A DNA stretch of 27,333 nt from Myxococcota bacterium (GCA_046593615.1 JBKJNL010000120.1:1-27333), one strand, 5' to 3'. Positions 1 to 8,881 are shown, counted from the first letter of the stretch. Made by a program: numbers and translations. Notes: generated by a model from the sequence alone, not told the origin.

Positions 1-387
1 GATGTGGGCCAACAGGTACGTCGTCGTCGTCTTGCCGTTGGTGCCGGTGACGCCGGCCAGCAGCAGCGACGACGACGGATCGCCCGCCAGGCGCTCGGCC
101 AGCTTCGCGACGGCGACGCGGGCGTTGTCGACGATCACGACCGGCACGCCGTGCGGCGCCAGCTCGGCCCGTTCGACGACGACGGCGGCGGCCCCGGCCT
201 TGACGGCCGCGGCCAGGAAGTCGTGGCCGTCTTTGGAGGTCGGCGTGACGCCGCGGGCGGCGACGAACACCACGCCGGGCTTCACCTGGCGCGAGTCGAG
301 CGTGACCCCGACGACGTCGATGGGCTCGCGGGGGGTGACGCTGGGCAGCGTCGGGCCGATGCCCCGGATGAGGTCCCAGAGGTTCAA
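1..387 (-). CDS. murE: UDP-N-acetylmuramoyl-L-alanyl-D-glutamate--diamino acid ligase MurE, N-terminal part (continues past the window start)
   Basis: Not in the ORF track; translated by hand from TTG at 387, overlapping the ftsI stop (TTGA): MNLWDLIRGIG...GVTLDSRQVKPGVVFVAARG...DGHDF...LAGVTGTNGKTTTTYLLAHI. Shows the Mur ligase DSR motif and P-loop GTNGKTT, and lies directly after ftsI as in the dcw cluster. Confidence 0.93.
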   Translation of the reverse strand, partial: MNLWDLIRGIGPTLPSVTPREPIDVVGVTLDSRQVKPGVVFVAARGVTPTSKDGHDFLAAAVKAGAAAVVVERAELAPHGVPVVIVDNARVAVAKLAERLAGDPSSSLLLAGVTGTNGKTTTTYLLAHI

Positions 388-2429
388 CGGTGCGCCCCGC
401 CGTCGGGCGCAGCGGCGCCGGCAAACGCGAGCGTGAGGGCAATGACGCCGTCGCTGCCGCTGCCGCCGGCCGCCACCGCGCCGGCCGCGGGCTCTTGCAG
501 GGTGACGAGGCCGTTGCCGGTGAGGGTGACTTCGAAGCCGGCCGCGGCCGCCGCTTGCAGCGCCTTGCGGGCCGGCATGCCGCGCAGGTCGGGGACGGCG
601 CCCGGCACGACCTCGACGTCGGCGCCGCCGGGGCCGTTGCCGTCGCCGACGTCGACGACGGCGACCGCGGTCGGCTTCTTCTGCTTCTTCGTTTCGGCGA
701 GCGACGCATCGAGTGAAGCGAGGCCGAGCTGGCCCTGGGGCAGCAGCGCGCGCTCGACGATGGCCTTCCAGGCCGGGGCCGCGTTCTGTCCGCCGAACAC
801 CAGGCCGCGGGGCTCGTCGACGACGACGATGGCGACCACCTGGGGATCGTCGGCGGGGGCGGCGCCGACGAACGACGAGAGGTGCAGCAGCTTGCTGTAG
901 CGGCCGGTGACGGGGTCGACCTTTTCGGCGGTGCCGGTCTTGCCGGCCACGCGCATGCCGGCGATCGCGGCGAGGGTGCCGGTGCCGCCTTCTTCGACGA
1001 CGCCTTCCATGATCGACAACAGCGTGCGCGCCGACTCCGCCGACATCACGCGCTCGCCGGCGTCATCCACGTGCTCTTCGACGACGGCGCCGTCGGCGGC
1101 TACCACGCGCTCGATCAGGTAGGGGCGCTTCTTGACACCGCCGTTGGCGACGGCCTGGACGAGGCTGGCCATCTGCAGCGACGACACCAGCACGCCGTGG
1201 CCGAAGCTGACGGTGGCCAGGCGGGCGTCGCCCCAGCGGGCCTGCTGCGGCAAGCGTCCGCCGCTCTCGTCGAGCAGACCGGTGCCCGGGCGGCTGCCGA
1301 AGCCGTAGCGCTTGAGGCTCTCCTTGAGCTTCTCCTCGCCGAGCAGCTGGGCGATCTTGAGCGTGCCGATGTTGCTCGACGTCGCGAACACCTGGGCGGC
1401 GCTGATGATCGACGCCTTGTGCGTGTCGTGGATGGTGTGCTTGCCGAGCTGGAAGCGGCCGTTCTCGCAATCGATGAGGTCGTTTCTGCCGACGACGCCG
1501 GCGTCGAGGGCGGCGGCAAAGGTCGCGACCTTGAAGATCGAGCCGGGCTCGACGGCGTCGGCAAAGGCGTGGTTGCGCTTGTCGCCGCCGGCTCCGGCAG
1601 CGCTGGCGGTGTTGGGGTTGAACGACGGCGACTGCGCAGAAGCGCGAATGGCGCCCGTCTTGGCGTCGAGCACGATGGCCCACACTGCTTTTGCCTCGAA
1701 GGTCTCGCGGGTGCGGGCGAGGATCTCTTCGGCGGCCTGCTGCAGGGGCAGGTCGAGGGTCAAAACGACGTCGTCACCGCTGAGCGTTTGCAGATCGAAC
1801 ACCGGGTCGCCGTCTTCGATGACGGCCACGCGGCCGCCCTTGTTGTCGGCAATGGCGTTCAGCTTGGTGGTGCGGCCGGTGAGGCGATCGTCGAGGCTCT
1901 GCTCGATGCCGCCCTGGCCCTTGCCGTCGACGTCGACGCCGCCGAGCAGCTGTGAGGCCAGCTCTTTGTTGGGCCAGGTGCGGCGCCACTCTTTGCGCGT
2001 GCCGACGCCCGGCAGATCGAGGGCCCGCACGCGGTCGGCGACGTCGGGAGCGACGCGGCGCTCGATCCAGACAAAGGCGCGGTCGTTGGCGATCTTGCTG
2101 GCGACGCCGGTGGCCGGCACGCCGAGGGCATCGCCCAGCGCGCGCGCGGTGGCGTCGACGTCGACGATGCGGCGCGGCTCGGCGTACACCGACCAGGCGG
2201 GCAGGCTGACGGCCAGGGCGCGGCCGGCGACGTCGACGACGTTGCCGCGCGGTGCCGTGACCGGGACCTTGCGCAGGTACTGCTCTTGCGCGAGGCCGCG
2301 CAGGTCGTCGCCGAGCACGAGCTGCAACCGCGCGCTCTTCCACAGCACGCCGACGAAGCCGGCGGCGACGACGACGGCGATGACCCAGACGCGCCAGCGG
2401 GCCGCGGGCGTGGCCGACCGACCCTTCAT
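384..2429 (-). CDS. ftsI: Cell division transpeptidase FtsI (PBP3) with C-terminal PASTA-like domain
   Basis: Start moved to ATG 2429 (MKGRSATP, ATGA overlap with ftsL stop). N-terminal TM, PRGNVVD dimerisation motif, SxxK (GSIFK), SxN (SSN), KTG (GKTGTAEK), C-terminal VPDLRGMPARKA...QEPAAG PASTA pattern; dcw position. Confidence 0.95.
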   Translation of the reverse strand: MKGRSATPAARWRVWVIAVVVAAGFVGVLWKSARLQLVLGDDLRGLAQEQYLRKVPVTAPRGNVVDVAGRALAVSLPAWSVYAEPRRIVDVDATARALGDALGVPATGVASKIANDRAFVWIERRVAPDVADRVRALDLPGVGTRKEWRRTWPNKELASQLLGGVDVDGKGQGGIEQSLDDRLTGRTTKLNAIADNKGGRVAVIEDGDPVFDLQTLSGDDVVLTLDLPLQQAAEEILARTRETFEAKAVWAIVLDAKTGAIRASAQSPSFNPNTASAAGAGGDKRNHAFADAVEPGSIFKVATFAAALDAGVVGRNDLIDCENGRFQLGKHTIHDTHKASIISAAQVFATSSNIGTLKIAQLLGEEKLKESLKRYGFGSRPGTGLLDESGGRLPQQARWGDARLATVSFGHGVLVSSLQMASLVQAVANGGVKKRPYLIERVVAADGAVVEEHVDDAGERVMSAESARTLLSIMEGVVEEGGTGTLAAIAGMRVAGKTGTAEKVDPVTGRYSKLLHLSSFVGAAPADDPQVVAIVVVDEPRGLVFGGQNAAPAWKAIVERALLPQGQLGLASLDASLAETKKQKKPTAVAVVDVGDGNGPGGADVEVVPGAVPDLRGMPARKALQAAAAAGFEVTLTGNGLVTLQEPAAGAVAAGGSGSDGVIALTLAFAGAAAPDGGAHR

Positions 2430-2746
2430 GGCGACACCGGCAACGACGTCGTCACATCCGGCGGAACCAGGCCGAGCTCGGTGCGGGCGATGGCCGCCAG
2501 CCGGGTCGGCCGCAACAGCGCGGTGCGCTCGACCTCGAGGGCCGCGCGCTGCTGCTCGAGCTGCACGAGGCGCGTGCGCTGCCCGTGGATGCGGTAGCCG
2601 ACCTCGATGGCCGTGCTCTTCACGCGCACCATCCACAGCAGCGCCGCGGTGAGCACAATGGTGACGACGATGAGCGCGAACGGCAGCGCCGGCGACGTCG
2701 CCGGCGGGCTCGAGGCATCCATCGGGATCTGGGATCGCTGCTTCAT
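2426..2746 (-). CDS. ftsL: Cell division protein FtsL
   Basis: 106 aa with one TM, then a coiled coil (RLVQLEQQRAALEVERTALLRPTRLAAIARTELGL). Lies between rsmH and ftsI with 4-bp overlaps on both sides. Confidence 0.85.
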   Translation of the reverse strand: MKQRSQIPMDASSPPATSPALPFALIVVTIVLTAALLWMVRVKSTAIEVGYRIHGQRTRLVQLEQQRAALEVERTALLRPTRLAAIARTELGLVPPDVTTSLPVSP

Positions 2747-3813
2747 GCGTCGTCACCCGCTTCGTCGGTGTCGTCGTCGTCTTCGCTGTCGTCTTCGTCG
2801 TCGACTGCGCGGTCTGCTTCGACAGCAGCTTCGACAGCAGAGGTGGCGAACACGGCCACGCGCAGCTTGGCGCTGCGCGAGCGCGGGTTGTCGCGCACCT
2901 CGTCGTCCGACGCCGTCAGCGGCTTCTTGGTCGTCTGCTGAAACGTGCCGGCAGCCGCGGGCGCGTCGTCGTCGCTGGGCCCGTAGCCAGGCCTGTGCGG
3001 TCCCGACGCGGCGTACTTGCGGCGGGTCTTGAACAGCACCTTCACGGCGCGGTCTTCCAGCGAGTGGAAGGTCAAGAAGCCGGCGCGGCCGCCCTCGCGC
3101 AACACGCGCGGCAGGGCCTCGAGCAGGCGGTCGAGCTGCTGCAGCTCTTCGTTGACGGCGATGCGCAGCGCCTGGAACGTCTTGGTCGCGGGGTGGATTT
3201 TGCCCCCGGAGCCGCGGCGGCCACCGACGGCGGACATGACGGCGCTGGCGAGGCCTTCGGTCGTCGTCGGCCGGCGATCCTTGATGTAGCGGGCGATCTT
3301 GCGCGAGCGGGTCTCGCCGCCGTGTTGGAAGATGACGTCGGCGAGCTCGGTGTCGCTGAGGCGCTCGATGAGCGCGGCCGCGGTCTCGCCCTGCGACGTG
3401 TCCATGCGCATGTCGAGAGGCGCGTCGGTGCGAAACGAGAAGCCGCGCGCGCCTTCGTCGAGCTGCATCGACGAGACGCCGAGGTCGGCAAAGACGACGT
3501 CGACTCTGGCCAGGTGCTGGTCGTGCAAGGCGGCCTCGATCTCCGAGAACGGTCGGTGCACGAGAGAGACGTTCGAGAACGCCTTTGCGATTCCGCCGGC
3601 GGCGTCGTCGGCAAAGGCGCGGCGATCGCGATCGAGCCCGACCACGCGACCGCCCGGGCCCGTGGCTTCGGCGAACAAGCGCAGGTGGCCGCCGGCGCCG
3701 GCGGTGCAGTCGACGACGACGTCACCGGCCTGGATGGCCAGCTCACGCACGCACTCGCGCGGCATGACGGGCAGGTGGGCCGGTGCGGCTTCGACGACGT
3801 CCTGGGTCACCAC
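2743..3813 (-). CDS. rsmH: 16S rRNA m4C1402 methyltransferase RsmH (MraW)
   Basis: Motifs DCTAGAGGH, DLGVSSMQLD, RGFSF...PLDMRMD, HPATKTFQALRIAVNEEL, TFHSLEDRAVK, NPRSRSAKLR; dcw position. Confidence 0.97.
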   Translation of the reverse strand: MVTQDVVEAAPAHLPVMPRECVRELAIQAGDVVVDCTAGAGGHLRLFAEATGPGGRVVGLDRDRRAFADDAAGGIAKAFSNVSLVHRPFSEIEAALHDQHLARVDVVFADLGVSSMQLDEGARGFSFRTDAPLDMRMDTSQGETAAALIERLSDTELADVIFQHGGETRSRKIARYIKDRRPTTTEGLASAVMSAVGGRRGSGGKIHPATKTFQALRIAVNEELQQLDRLLEALPRVLREGGRAGFLTFHSLEDRAVKVLFKTRRKYAASGPHRPGYGPSDDDAPAAAGTFQQTTKKPLTASDDEVRDNPRSRSAKLRVAVFATSAVEAAVEADRAVDDEDDSEDDDDTDEAGDDA

Positions 3814-3814
3814 G

Positions 3815-4342
3815 TCAGAGCCCGTGCCGCGCGAGGAAGTCGCGGGTCTCGGCGAGGTCTTGCTCCGCGTGCTTTTTGCGCAGCTCGTCGAAGCGCGGCT
3901 TGCTCCACAGCTCGATCTTGTCGATGACGCCGAGCCACACGGTGTCGCGCTCGAGGCCGGCGTGGTCGCGCAGCTCTTTGGGAATGCTGACGCGGCCGGC
4001 GCGATCGATTGTGACCACCGAGGCGCTGGCGATGACGAAGCGCTTAAAGGCGGCGACCGCGGGGTGCGACGGCGGCAACGCCGCGACCTTCTGGGCCTGG
4101 CTCTGGAAGTCGGCCTCGGTCATGCCGACCAGGCAGGGGTCGTAGAGCGACTGGGTCAAGACGAAGCGGTCGACGACGTCGGTGTCGGCTTCTTTGCCCG
4201 CTTCTTTGCTGGCGTCTCTGCCGGCTTCGTCGTCGGCGCGGCTCACCGCCAGGGCCCGCGGCGCGAGGGCCGGGCGCAACGCGGCCGGAAAGGCCACCCG
4301 CCCTTTCTCGTCCATCAAGCAGTGGTGAAAGCCGAAAATCAT
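3815..4342 (-). CDS. mraZ: Division/cell wall cluster transcriptional repressor MraZ
   Basis: Two DxxGR motifs (MDEKGRVAFPA, IDRAGRVSIPKELR) and GVIDKIELW; first gene of the dcw cluster. Confidence 0.95.
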   Translation of the reverse strand: MIFGFHHCLMDEKGRVAFPAALRPALAPRALAVSRADDEAGRDASKEAGKEADTDVVDRFVLTQSLYDPCLVGMTEADFQSQAQKVAALPPSHPAVAAFKRFVIASASVVTIDRAGRVSIPKELRDHAGLERDTVWLGVIDKIELWSKPRFDELRKKHAEQDLAETRDFLARHGL

Positions 4343-4400
4343 CAGTTATTTCTGGGCAGTTCGACGCGCAGCGCGCCTTCTGCCAACAATCCTGTGGTCT

Positions 4401-4450
4401 TGATCCCGCGTTGATCCCCTGTGATCCCTGAACCTCCACCAAATCCCACG
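4401..4450 (-). promoter_or_regulatory. MraZ-box direct repeat array
   Basis: Minus strand reads CGTGGGATTT GGTGGAGGTT CAGGGATCAC AGGGGATCAA CGCGGGATCA: five GTGGGA-like units at about 10-nt period upstream of mraZ, matching the known MraZ operator architecture. Confidence 0.75.
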
Positions 4451-4453
4451 CGG

Positions 4454-4483
4454 ACAGTAAGGGCGATCCAATTTGGGTGTCAA
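4454..4483 (-). promoter_or_regulatory. Sigma70-type promoter of the mraZ/dcw operon
   Basis: TTGACA (4483-4478), 18-nt spacer, TACTGT (4459-4454). The predicted start near 4447 falls on the first MraZ box. Confidence 0.7.
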
Positions 4484-4721
4484 TGGCGCCGGAGCAGCCG
4501 TCGCACGGCCCAGATCCACCGCTATTCGTTGTGGTGTGAGCGGATGTTCAGCCCATGAACCCGGTGGATCGTGGTGGATCGAATGGCGCTTCCCAACAAG
4601 AACGAGCGTGCCGATCGAAACACGCCGCCCCAGCAGACGACGGCGGCCCCGGCCCGAAGGTCGCCCTGAAATCGCAACGAAACTTGACGGCGAAGGAGCG
4701 GGCGGCGCCAAATGCCCCCCA

Positions 4722-5594
4722 ATGCGGACCTCCCTCCCCCTCTCCCTCGTCGTCGCTGCCGGCGCCTTTGTCGCAGCACCCGCCCTGGCCGGCCCCAACG
4801 ACATCGAGCTGTCAGGGCTCGTCGACAAACAAGACCTGACGAACCCGGTGGTGCGCCAAGAGGACTTCCGCCTGCTGGTCCGCGAGCTCGGCCTGATCTT
4901 CACGCCGTCGTCGATCCAGCCCGCCGAGACCACCGGCATCTCGGGCTTCGACTTCGCGCTGACCTACGGCTTCCACCCCGTCAACGTCGACAAGCCCTAC
5001 TGGCAGGACGCGCTCGAAGAGAAGGGCGTGCGCCTGCCGATGACCATCGGGGCCACCGCCCGCAAAGGGTTCGTGCTGCCGATCCCGTTGGCGTCTGAGG
5101 TCGAGCTCGGCGCGCAATATTTGATCGAGAGCCAGATGGTGAACCTCGGCGCCAACATCCGCGTGGCGCTCAACGAGGGCTTCACCGGCAACCACTGGTG
5201 GATCTTCATCCCCGACATCGCCGTCGAGACCGGCATCAACCGCGTCGTCGGCAGCGACGACCTCGACCTCGTGACGGCGACGGCCGGCGGCTCGATCTCC
5301 AAGGGCTTCGGCGTCTTTGGCTCGTTCAACCTCACGCCCTACGTCGCCTACAAGAGCATCTTCGTGAACGCCTCGACGCGCATCATCGACGCCAACCCCG
5401 ACGTGACCACCAACGTCGAAGACAACGTCGTGTTCGCCATCGTGCCGCTCGCAGAGAACCGCATGGACCGCATCTCTGGCGGCATGCGCGTCATCGTCGC
5501 CCACGTGATGCTGTCGGGCGGCGTCGACGTGAACCTGCTCGGCGAGCAGGGCACCATCATCCAATATGGCCTGCGCATGGGCGTCAGCTTCTGA
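4722..5594 (+). CDS. Probable outer-membrane beta-barrel protein, function unknown
   Basis: Start moved to ATG 4722 (MRTSLPLSLVVAAGAFVAAPALA signal peptide). Alternating amphipathic beta segments, PAETTGISGFDF motif, ends QYGLRMGVSF (terminal Phe, BAM-type signal). Confidence 0.7.
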   Translation: MRTSLPLSLVVAAGAFVAAPALAGPNDIELSGLVDKQDLTNPVVRQEDFRLLVRELGLIFTPSSIQPAETTGISGFDFALTYGFHPVNVDKPYWQDALEEKGVRLPMTIGATARKGFVLPIPLASEVELGAQYLIESQMVNLGANIRVALNEGFTGNHWWIFIPDIAVETGINRVVGSDDLDLVTATAGGSISKGFGVFGSFNLTPYVAYKSIFVNASTRIIDANPDVTTNVEDNVVFAIVPLAENRMDRISGGMRVIVAHVMLSGGVDVNLLGEQGTIIQYGLRMGVSF

Positions 5595-5627
5595 GCTGAA
5601 CGCGGGGCCGCACCACCGACGCGTGGC

Positions 5628-5867
5628 TCAGCCGGAGGCGGCGGGCTCGTCGTCGAACGGCATGCAGACGTTGCTGGCGTTGGGGCTCTGGGCCGGCACG
5701 CACTCGGTGTCGTCCGAGCAATCGTTGTCGTTGGTGCAGGCCTTTCCAACGTCGAGGACGGAGCTGCCGAGCGGGCAGGCCGACAGCAGTGCCGTCACCG
5801 ACAGCAGCGTCGACAGCAGTGCGGCCAGCGCGGTGGGGGACAGGGCAGTGCGGGCGCGCGCGGTCAT
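5628..5867 (-). CDS. Small Cys-rich lipoprotein
   Basis: 79 aa; lipobox LSAC, then GKACTNDNDCSDDTECVP...NVCMP (C-x5-C-x5-C-x11-C); ATGA overlap with the upstream gene. Confidence 0.75.
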   Translation of the reverse strand: MTARARTALSPTALAALLSTLLSVTALLSACPLGSSVLDVGKACTNDNDCSDDTECVPAQSPNASNVCMPFDDEPAASG

Positions 5868-7135
5868 CGGTCGCTCTCTTCTTTGTCGGTCGTGGTCTCA
5901 ACGTCGGCTTCGTCGGCGGCTTCGTCGGCGTCTTCGTCGGGCTCGTCGCCACCGCTGGCGATGAGGATGATGCCGCCGACCAGGGCGCCGGCGCCGATGG
6001 CCGCTGCGGCGCCGCCGGCGGTCGCTACCCAGCGAAACGTCTGGTTCCAGTCGTTGGCGTCCTTGACGAGCGCGGCGCGCAAGTCGGCGGCGCGGCCAGC
6101 GGCCTGGCGCTTCTGCGAGGCGCCCTCGGCCGCCTGATACTCGAGCTGCACCGTCGTCTGCTGCGGCACGTTCTGCGCGTAGCGCACAAACGGCAACGCG
6201 CCGTACACCGCCGTGGCACCGCCGGCGACGAGGACGACGCCGCCGAGGCCCGAGAGGATGAAGCCGCCGATGGGCGGGCCCGCGCCGGGCGGCGGCGGCA
6301 CTTCGTCGTCGATGGAGCGCACTTTGTCGTCGGTGTCTTCGTCGCCTGCTTCGTCGTCGCGCGTCGTCGTCGGCGGCGTCGTGGTCGGAGGGGTCGGCGT
6401 CGTCGTTGGCGTGGTGGTCGTCGTCGTCGTCGTCGTCGGCTCGGTCGTCGTCGGCTCCGCGGCAACGTCGGCTGGTTCTTTGTCTTCTTCGTCTTCTTCG
6501 TCGACGCGCTCATCGATGCGAGCCGGCTCGACTTTGACGGGCTCGGGCTTGACGGGCTCGGGCTTGACGGGCTTCGTCGGCTTCGTCGGCGGCAGCACCG
6601 CTGGCGGCGGCGTCACCACCGCCGCTGAGCCCGAGAGCTTGCAGGTGATCGGGCACTGGTCGGCGTCGACGCGGTTGCCGTCGTCGCAGTCTTCGCCGCT
6701 CTCAAAGGCGCCGTTGCCGCACTCGGGGGCCGGGTCGGTGCACGCCGCGCCCGCGCCGTATTTGGCGATGGCGGCGCGCAGCAGCTCGAGCCGGGTGGCG
6801 ACGCTCGCGGCCAGGCGGTGCGACGCGTGGCGCGACTGGAAGGTCTCGAGGAAGCGCACGGCGCCGGCGCGATCGCCGCCCTGGCCCGCGGCGTCCGAGG
6901 CCGCCAACAGGTTCTCTGGCGTCGGCTGCATCTCGTCGAGCTTCTTGTAGAGATAGGTCGCGTCGCAGAAGCGCTCACGCACCAGCGAGCGATCGGCCGA
7001 GGCCTTGAGCGCCTTTGCCTCGCCCTGCGGTGCCGCCCATGCCGACGTCGACCAGCCGACGGCAGCGGCCCCGGCGCAGGCGACGACGACGACGAATGAA
7101 GATCGGGACGACGGGGAACGGGTCTTCATGCTCAC
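5864..7135 (-). CDS. Exported TPR-like protein with a myxobacterial Cys-rich repeat, Pro/Thr linker and C-terminal hydrophobic helices
   Basis: Signal peptide (start 7135 GTG or 7129 ATG), TPR-like helices, PECGNGAFESGEDCDDGNRVDADQCPITC (DUF4215/Myxo_disulf_rpt pattern), KPEPV repeats, PTTT tract, two Gly/Ala-rich hydrophobic segments. Confidence 0.75.
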   Translation of the reverse strand: MSMKTRSPSSRSSFVVVVACAGAAAVGWSTSAWAAPQGEAKALKASADRSLVRERFCDATYLYKKLDEMQPTPENLLAASDAAGQGGDRAGAVRFLETFQSRHASHRLAASVATRLELLRAAIAKYGAGAACTDPAPECGNGAFESGEDCDDGNRVDADQCPITCKLSGSAAVVTPPPAVLPPTKPTKPVKPEPVKPEPVKVEPARIDERVDEEDEEDKEPADVAAEPTTTEPTTTTTTTTTPTTTPTPPTTTPPTTTRDDEAGDEDTDDKVRSIDDEVPPPPGAGPPIGGFILSGLGGVVLVAGGATAVYGALPFVRYAQNVPQQTTVQLEYQAAEGASQKRQAAGRAADLRAALVKDANDWNQTFRWVATAGGAAAAIGAGALVGGIILIASGGDEPDEDADEAADEADVETTTDKEESDR

Positions 7136-7932
7136 TTCTCAGCCCACAACAGCAGGCGCTTGAACGGGTAGAAGTACGGGCGCTCGTCGACGAGGCGGGC
7201 CATCAGGCGGGCGCGGTAGGCGGCTTCGAAGCTCAGGTAGAGGTCGGGCGGCAGGCGGCGGCGCGGCTCGGTCAACAGCGTGCCCTTGACCCATTCGACG
7301 ACGTCGTCTTTGCATTCGAGCTTGTGTCCGTAGACCTGCACGAACACGCGCTGCTTCGTGAAGCCGAGCTTGTGCAGCAGGCGGGTGTATTCCTCGGCGG
7401 GCAGCACCGGGCGGACCGAGGCCCCGCGCAGGTACGGCGCCCACGGCTGCTGCTCGCAGAGCTCGGCGCAGACGACGTGGCTGGCGTGGTCGTGGTTGAC
7501 CGGCATCTGCACGGCGAGCTGCCCGCCGCCTGCCGAGGTCCGTGCGGCGAGGCGCTCGGCGAGGGCGGCGAACAGCGTCACGTGCTCGGGCACCCAGTGC
7601 AGGCAGGCGTTGCTGAACAGCAGATCGAATTGGCCGCCAGGGATGGACCAGTCGGCGAAGCTCTCGACGTGGGCGAGGGCAAAGCGCAGGCCCGGCTCGT
7701 TCAGCGCGCGGCTCTTCTGCAGCATCTGCTCCGACGAATCGATCCCGAGGGTGCTCTTGCAGCGCAGGGTGCGGTGCAGCTCGAGCGTGGTCTCGCCCGT
7801 GCCACAGCCCAGGTCGACGACGGACATGTCGGGCCGCGCCGACACCAGCTGCAGCAGGTCACGGAAGGGCTGTTGGCGCTCCTCGCGGAAGCGGTCGTAT
7901 TGCCCGGGATCCCAGCCGTCGGCGACAACCAT
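7132..7932 (-). CDS. tam: Trans-aconitate 2-methyltransferase-like SAM methyltransferase
   Basis: WDPGQYDRFREERQQPFRDLL, VVDLGCGTG, GIDSSEQML, DLLFSNACLHWVPEH, GGQLAVQMP, YPFKRLLL are all Tam family motifs. Confidence 0.88.
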   Translation of the reverse strand: MVVADGWDPGQYDRFREERQQPFRDLLQLVSARPDMSVVDLGCGTGETTLELHRTLRCKSTLGIDSSEQMLQKSRALNEPGLRFALAHVESFADWSIPGGQFDLLFSNACLHWVPEHVTLFAALAERLAARTSAGGGQLAVQMPVNHDHASHVVCAELCEQQPWAPYLRGASVRPVLPAEEYTRLLHKLGFTKQRVFVQVYGHKLECKDDVVEWVKGTLLTEPRRRLPPDLYLSFEAAYRARLMARLVDERPYFYPFKRLLLWAEK

Positions 7933-8017
7933 GCCCCTCGATTAGCAGAGCCGGGGCCGGGCGCGAGCGGAGTGTGTTTGTTCGCGCCGGTCGAAGCGAC
8001 GACACGGTCCAGCCGTG

Positions 8018-8045
8018 CACCAGCAGTCCACCAGCAGTCCACCAG
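8018..8045 (+). repeat. 11-bp tandem direct repeat CACCAGCAGTC x2.5 in the tam/crp intergenic region
   Basis: CACCAGCAGTC CACCAGCAGTC CACCAG read directly; ends 23 nt before the Crp-family ATG. Confidence 0.9.
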
Positions 8046-8056
8046 GCGGGGCGGGG

Positions 8057-8062
8057 TAGCGT
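8057..8062 (+). promoter_or_regulatory. Putative -10 box of a leaderless transcript for the Crp/Fnr gene
   Basis: TAGCGT (TANNNT) 6 nt before ATG 8069; no Shine-Dalgarno between them. Confidence 0.45.
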
Positions 8063-8068
8063 GCCGCC

Positions 8069-8836
8069 ATGAAGCGCGAGGACCTCATCGGGCACCTGCG
8101 GCGAAACGAGATCTTCGCCCGCACCGACGCCAAAAAGCTCGAGCAGCTGGCGGCCCTCGCCGACGTCGTCCCCGTCGACAAAGGCGGCCGCGTCCTCGAA
8201 GAAGGCGACGCCTCCGAGCACCTGTTCGTGCTCATCAAGGGCGTCGTCGGCGTCTTCTACTCCTCCGTCGACGGCGTCGACGTGCTCGTGAAGATCTTCG
8301 GGGCGCCGGCAGTGTTCGGTGAGATGGAGCTGATCTTCGGCCAGCCCCGCCAGGAGTACGTCGAGTGCTTCGAGCCGTGTCTGGTTGCTCGCTTGCCATC
8401 GCAGGAATTCATGTCCTTCATGCGCGCCGATTCCGAGGCCTGTTATGTGATGCTGAAAGACGTCGCGTCACGCCTGGCCATCGCCGCGTACAACGAGCGG
8501 GCCCTGGCGTTCCTCGATGCCAACACGCGGCTGGCGGGCCTGTTCTTGAGCTTCCTCGAGGCCTACGGCAAGCGCACCGACGACGGGGTGACGCTGCAGA
8601 TCAAGCTCACCTACGAGATGCTGGCGCGCTGCCTGGGGGTGACGGTGCGCTCCATCGACCGGGCCATGACCGAGTGGGCCAAGCAGGGGTTCATGACAAA
8701 AAACCGCGGCTTCTACACGTTCCATGATCTTGAAAAGCTCGAAGAAAAGGCTGACCCCGATCGGATTGCCTTGTTCTCGAAGCTCGGCCTCTTGCCCCAC
8801 CGCGCCGGCCAGATCCTCGGCCGCGGCGAGACCTGA
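8069..8836 (+). CDS. Crp/Fnr family transcriptional regulator
   Basis: cNMP-binding fold (VLEEGDASEHLFVLIKGVV, VFGEMELIFGQPR), C-helix, RLAGLFL, and HTH region LTYEMLARCLGVTVRSIDRAMTEW. Confidence 0.92.
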   Translation: MKREDLIGHLRRNEIFARTDAKKLEQLAALADVVPVDKGGRVLEEGDASEHLFVLIKGVVGVFYSSVDGVDVLVKIFGAPAVFGEMELIFGQPRQEYVECFEPCLVARLPSQEFMSFMRADSEACYVMLKDVASRLAIAAYNERALAFLDANTRLAGLFLSFLEAYGKRTDDGVTLQIKLTYEMLARCLGVTVRSIDRAMTEWAKQGFMTKNRGFYTFHDLEKLEEKADPDRIALFSKLGLLPHRAGQILGRGET

Positions 8837-8881
8837 ACGCACACCAGCGCGATTCGCCCGTCGCGCCACCACGACGACGTC

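Noticed and set aside
4535-4545. TGTGAGCGGAT, identical to part of the lac operator
   Set aside because: Only an 11-bp half match, with no second half-site, no vector sequence and no LacI gene nearby; treated as chance.
4684-4713. TTGACG as a -35 box for the beta-barrel gene
   Set aside because: The matching -10 position (CCAAAT) lacks the conserved TA; not enough support for a promoter call.
4722-7135. Beta-barrel plus Cys-rich proteins considered as a TraA/TraB kin-recognition locus
   Set aside because: No PA14-like domain or MYXO-CTERM on the Cys-rich proteins, no OmpA or TSP3 region on the barrel, and the genes are convergent rather than an operon.
8018-8045. Short direct repeats (also 18041-18076, 20710-20741 and the GE tracts) considered as CRISPR arrays
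   Set aside because: Units are 6-12 bp, directly tandem, without unique spacers, and no cas genes are present.
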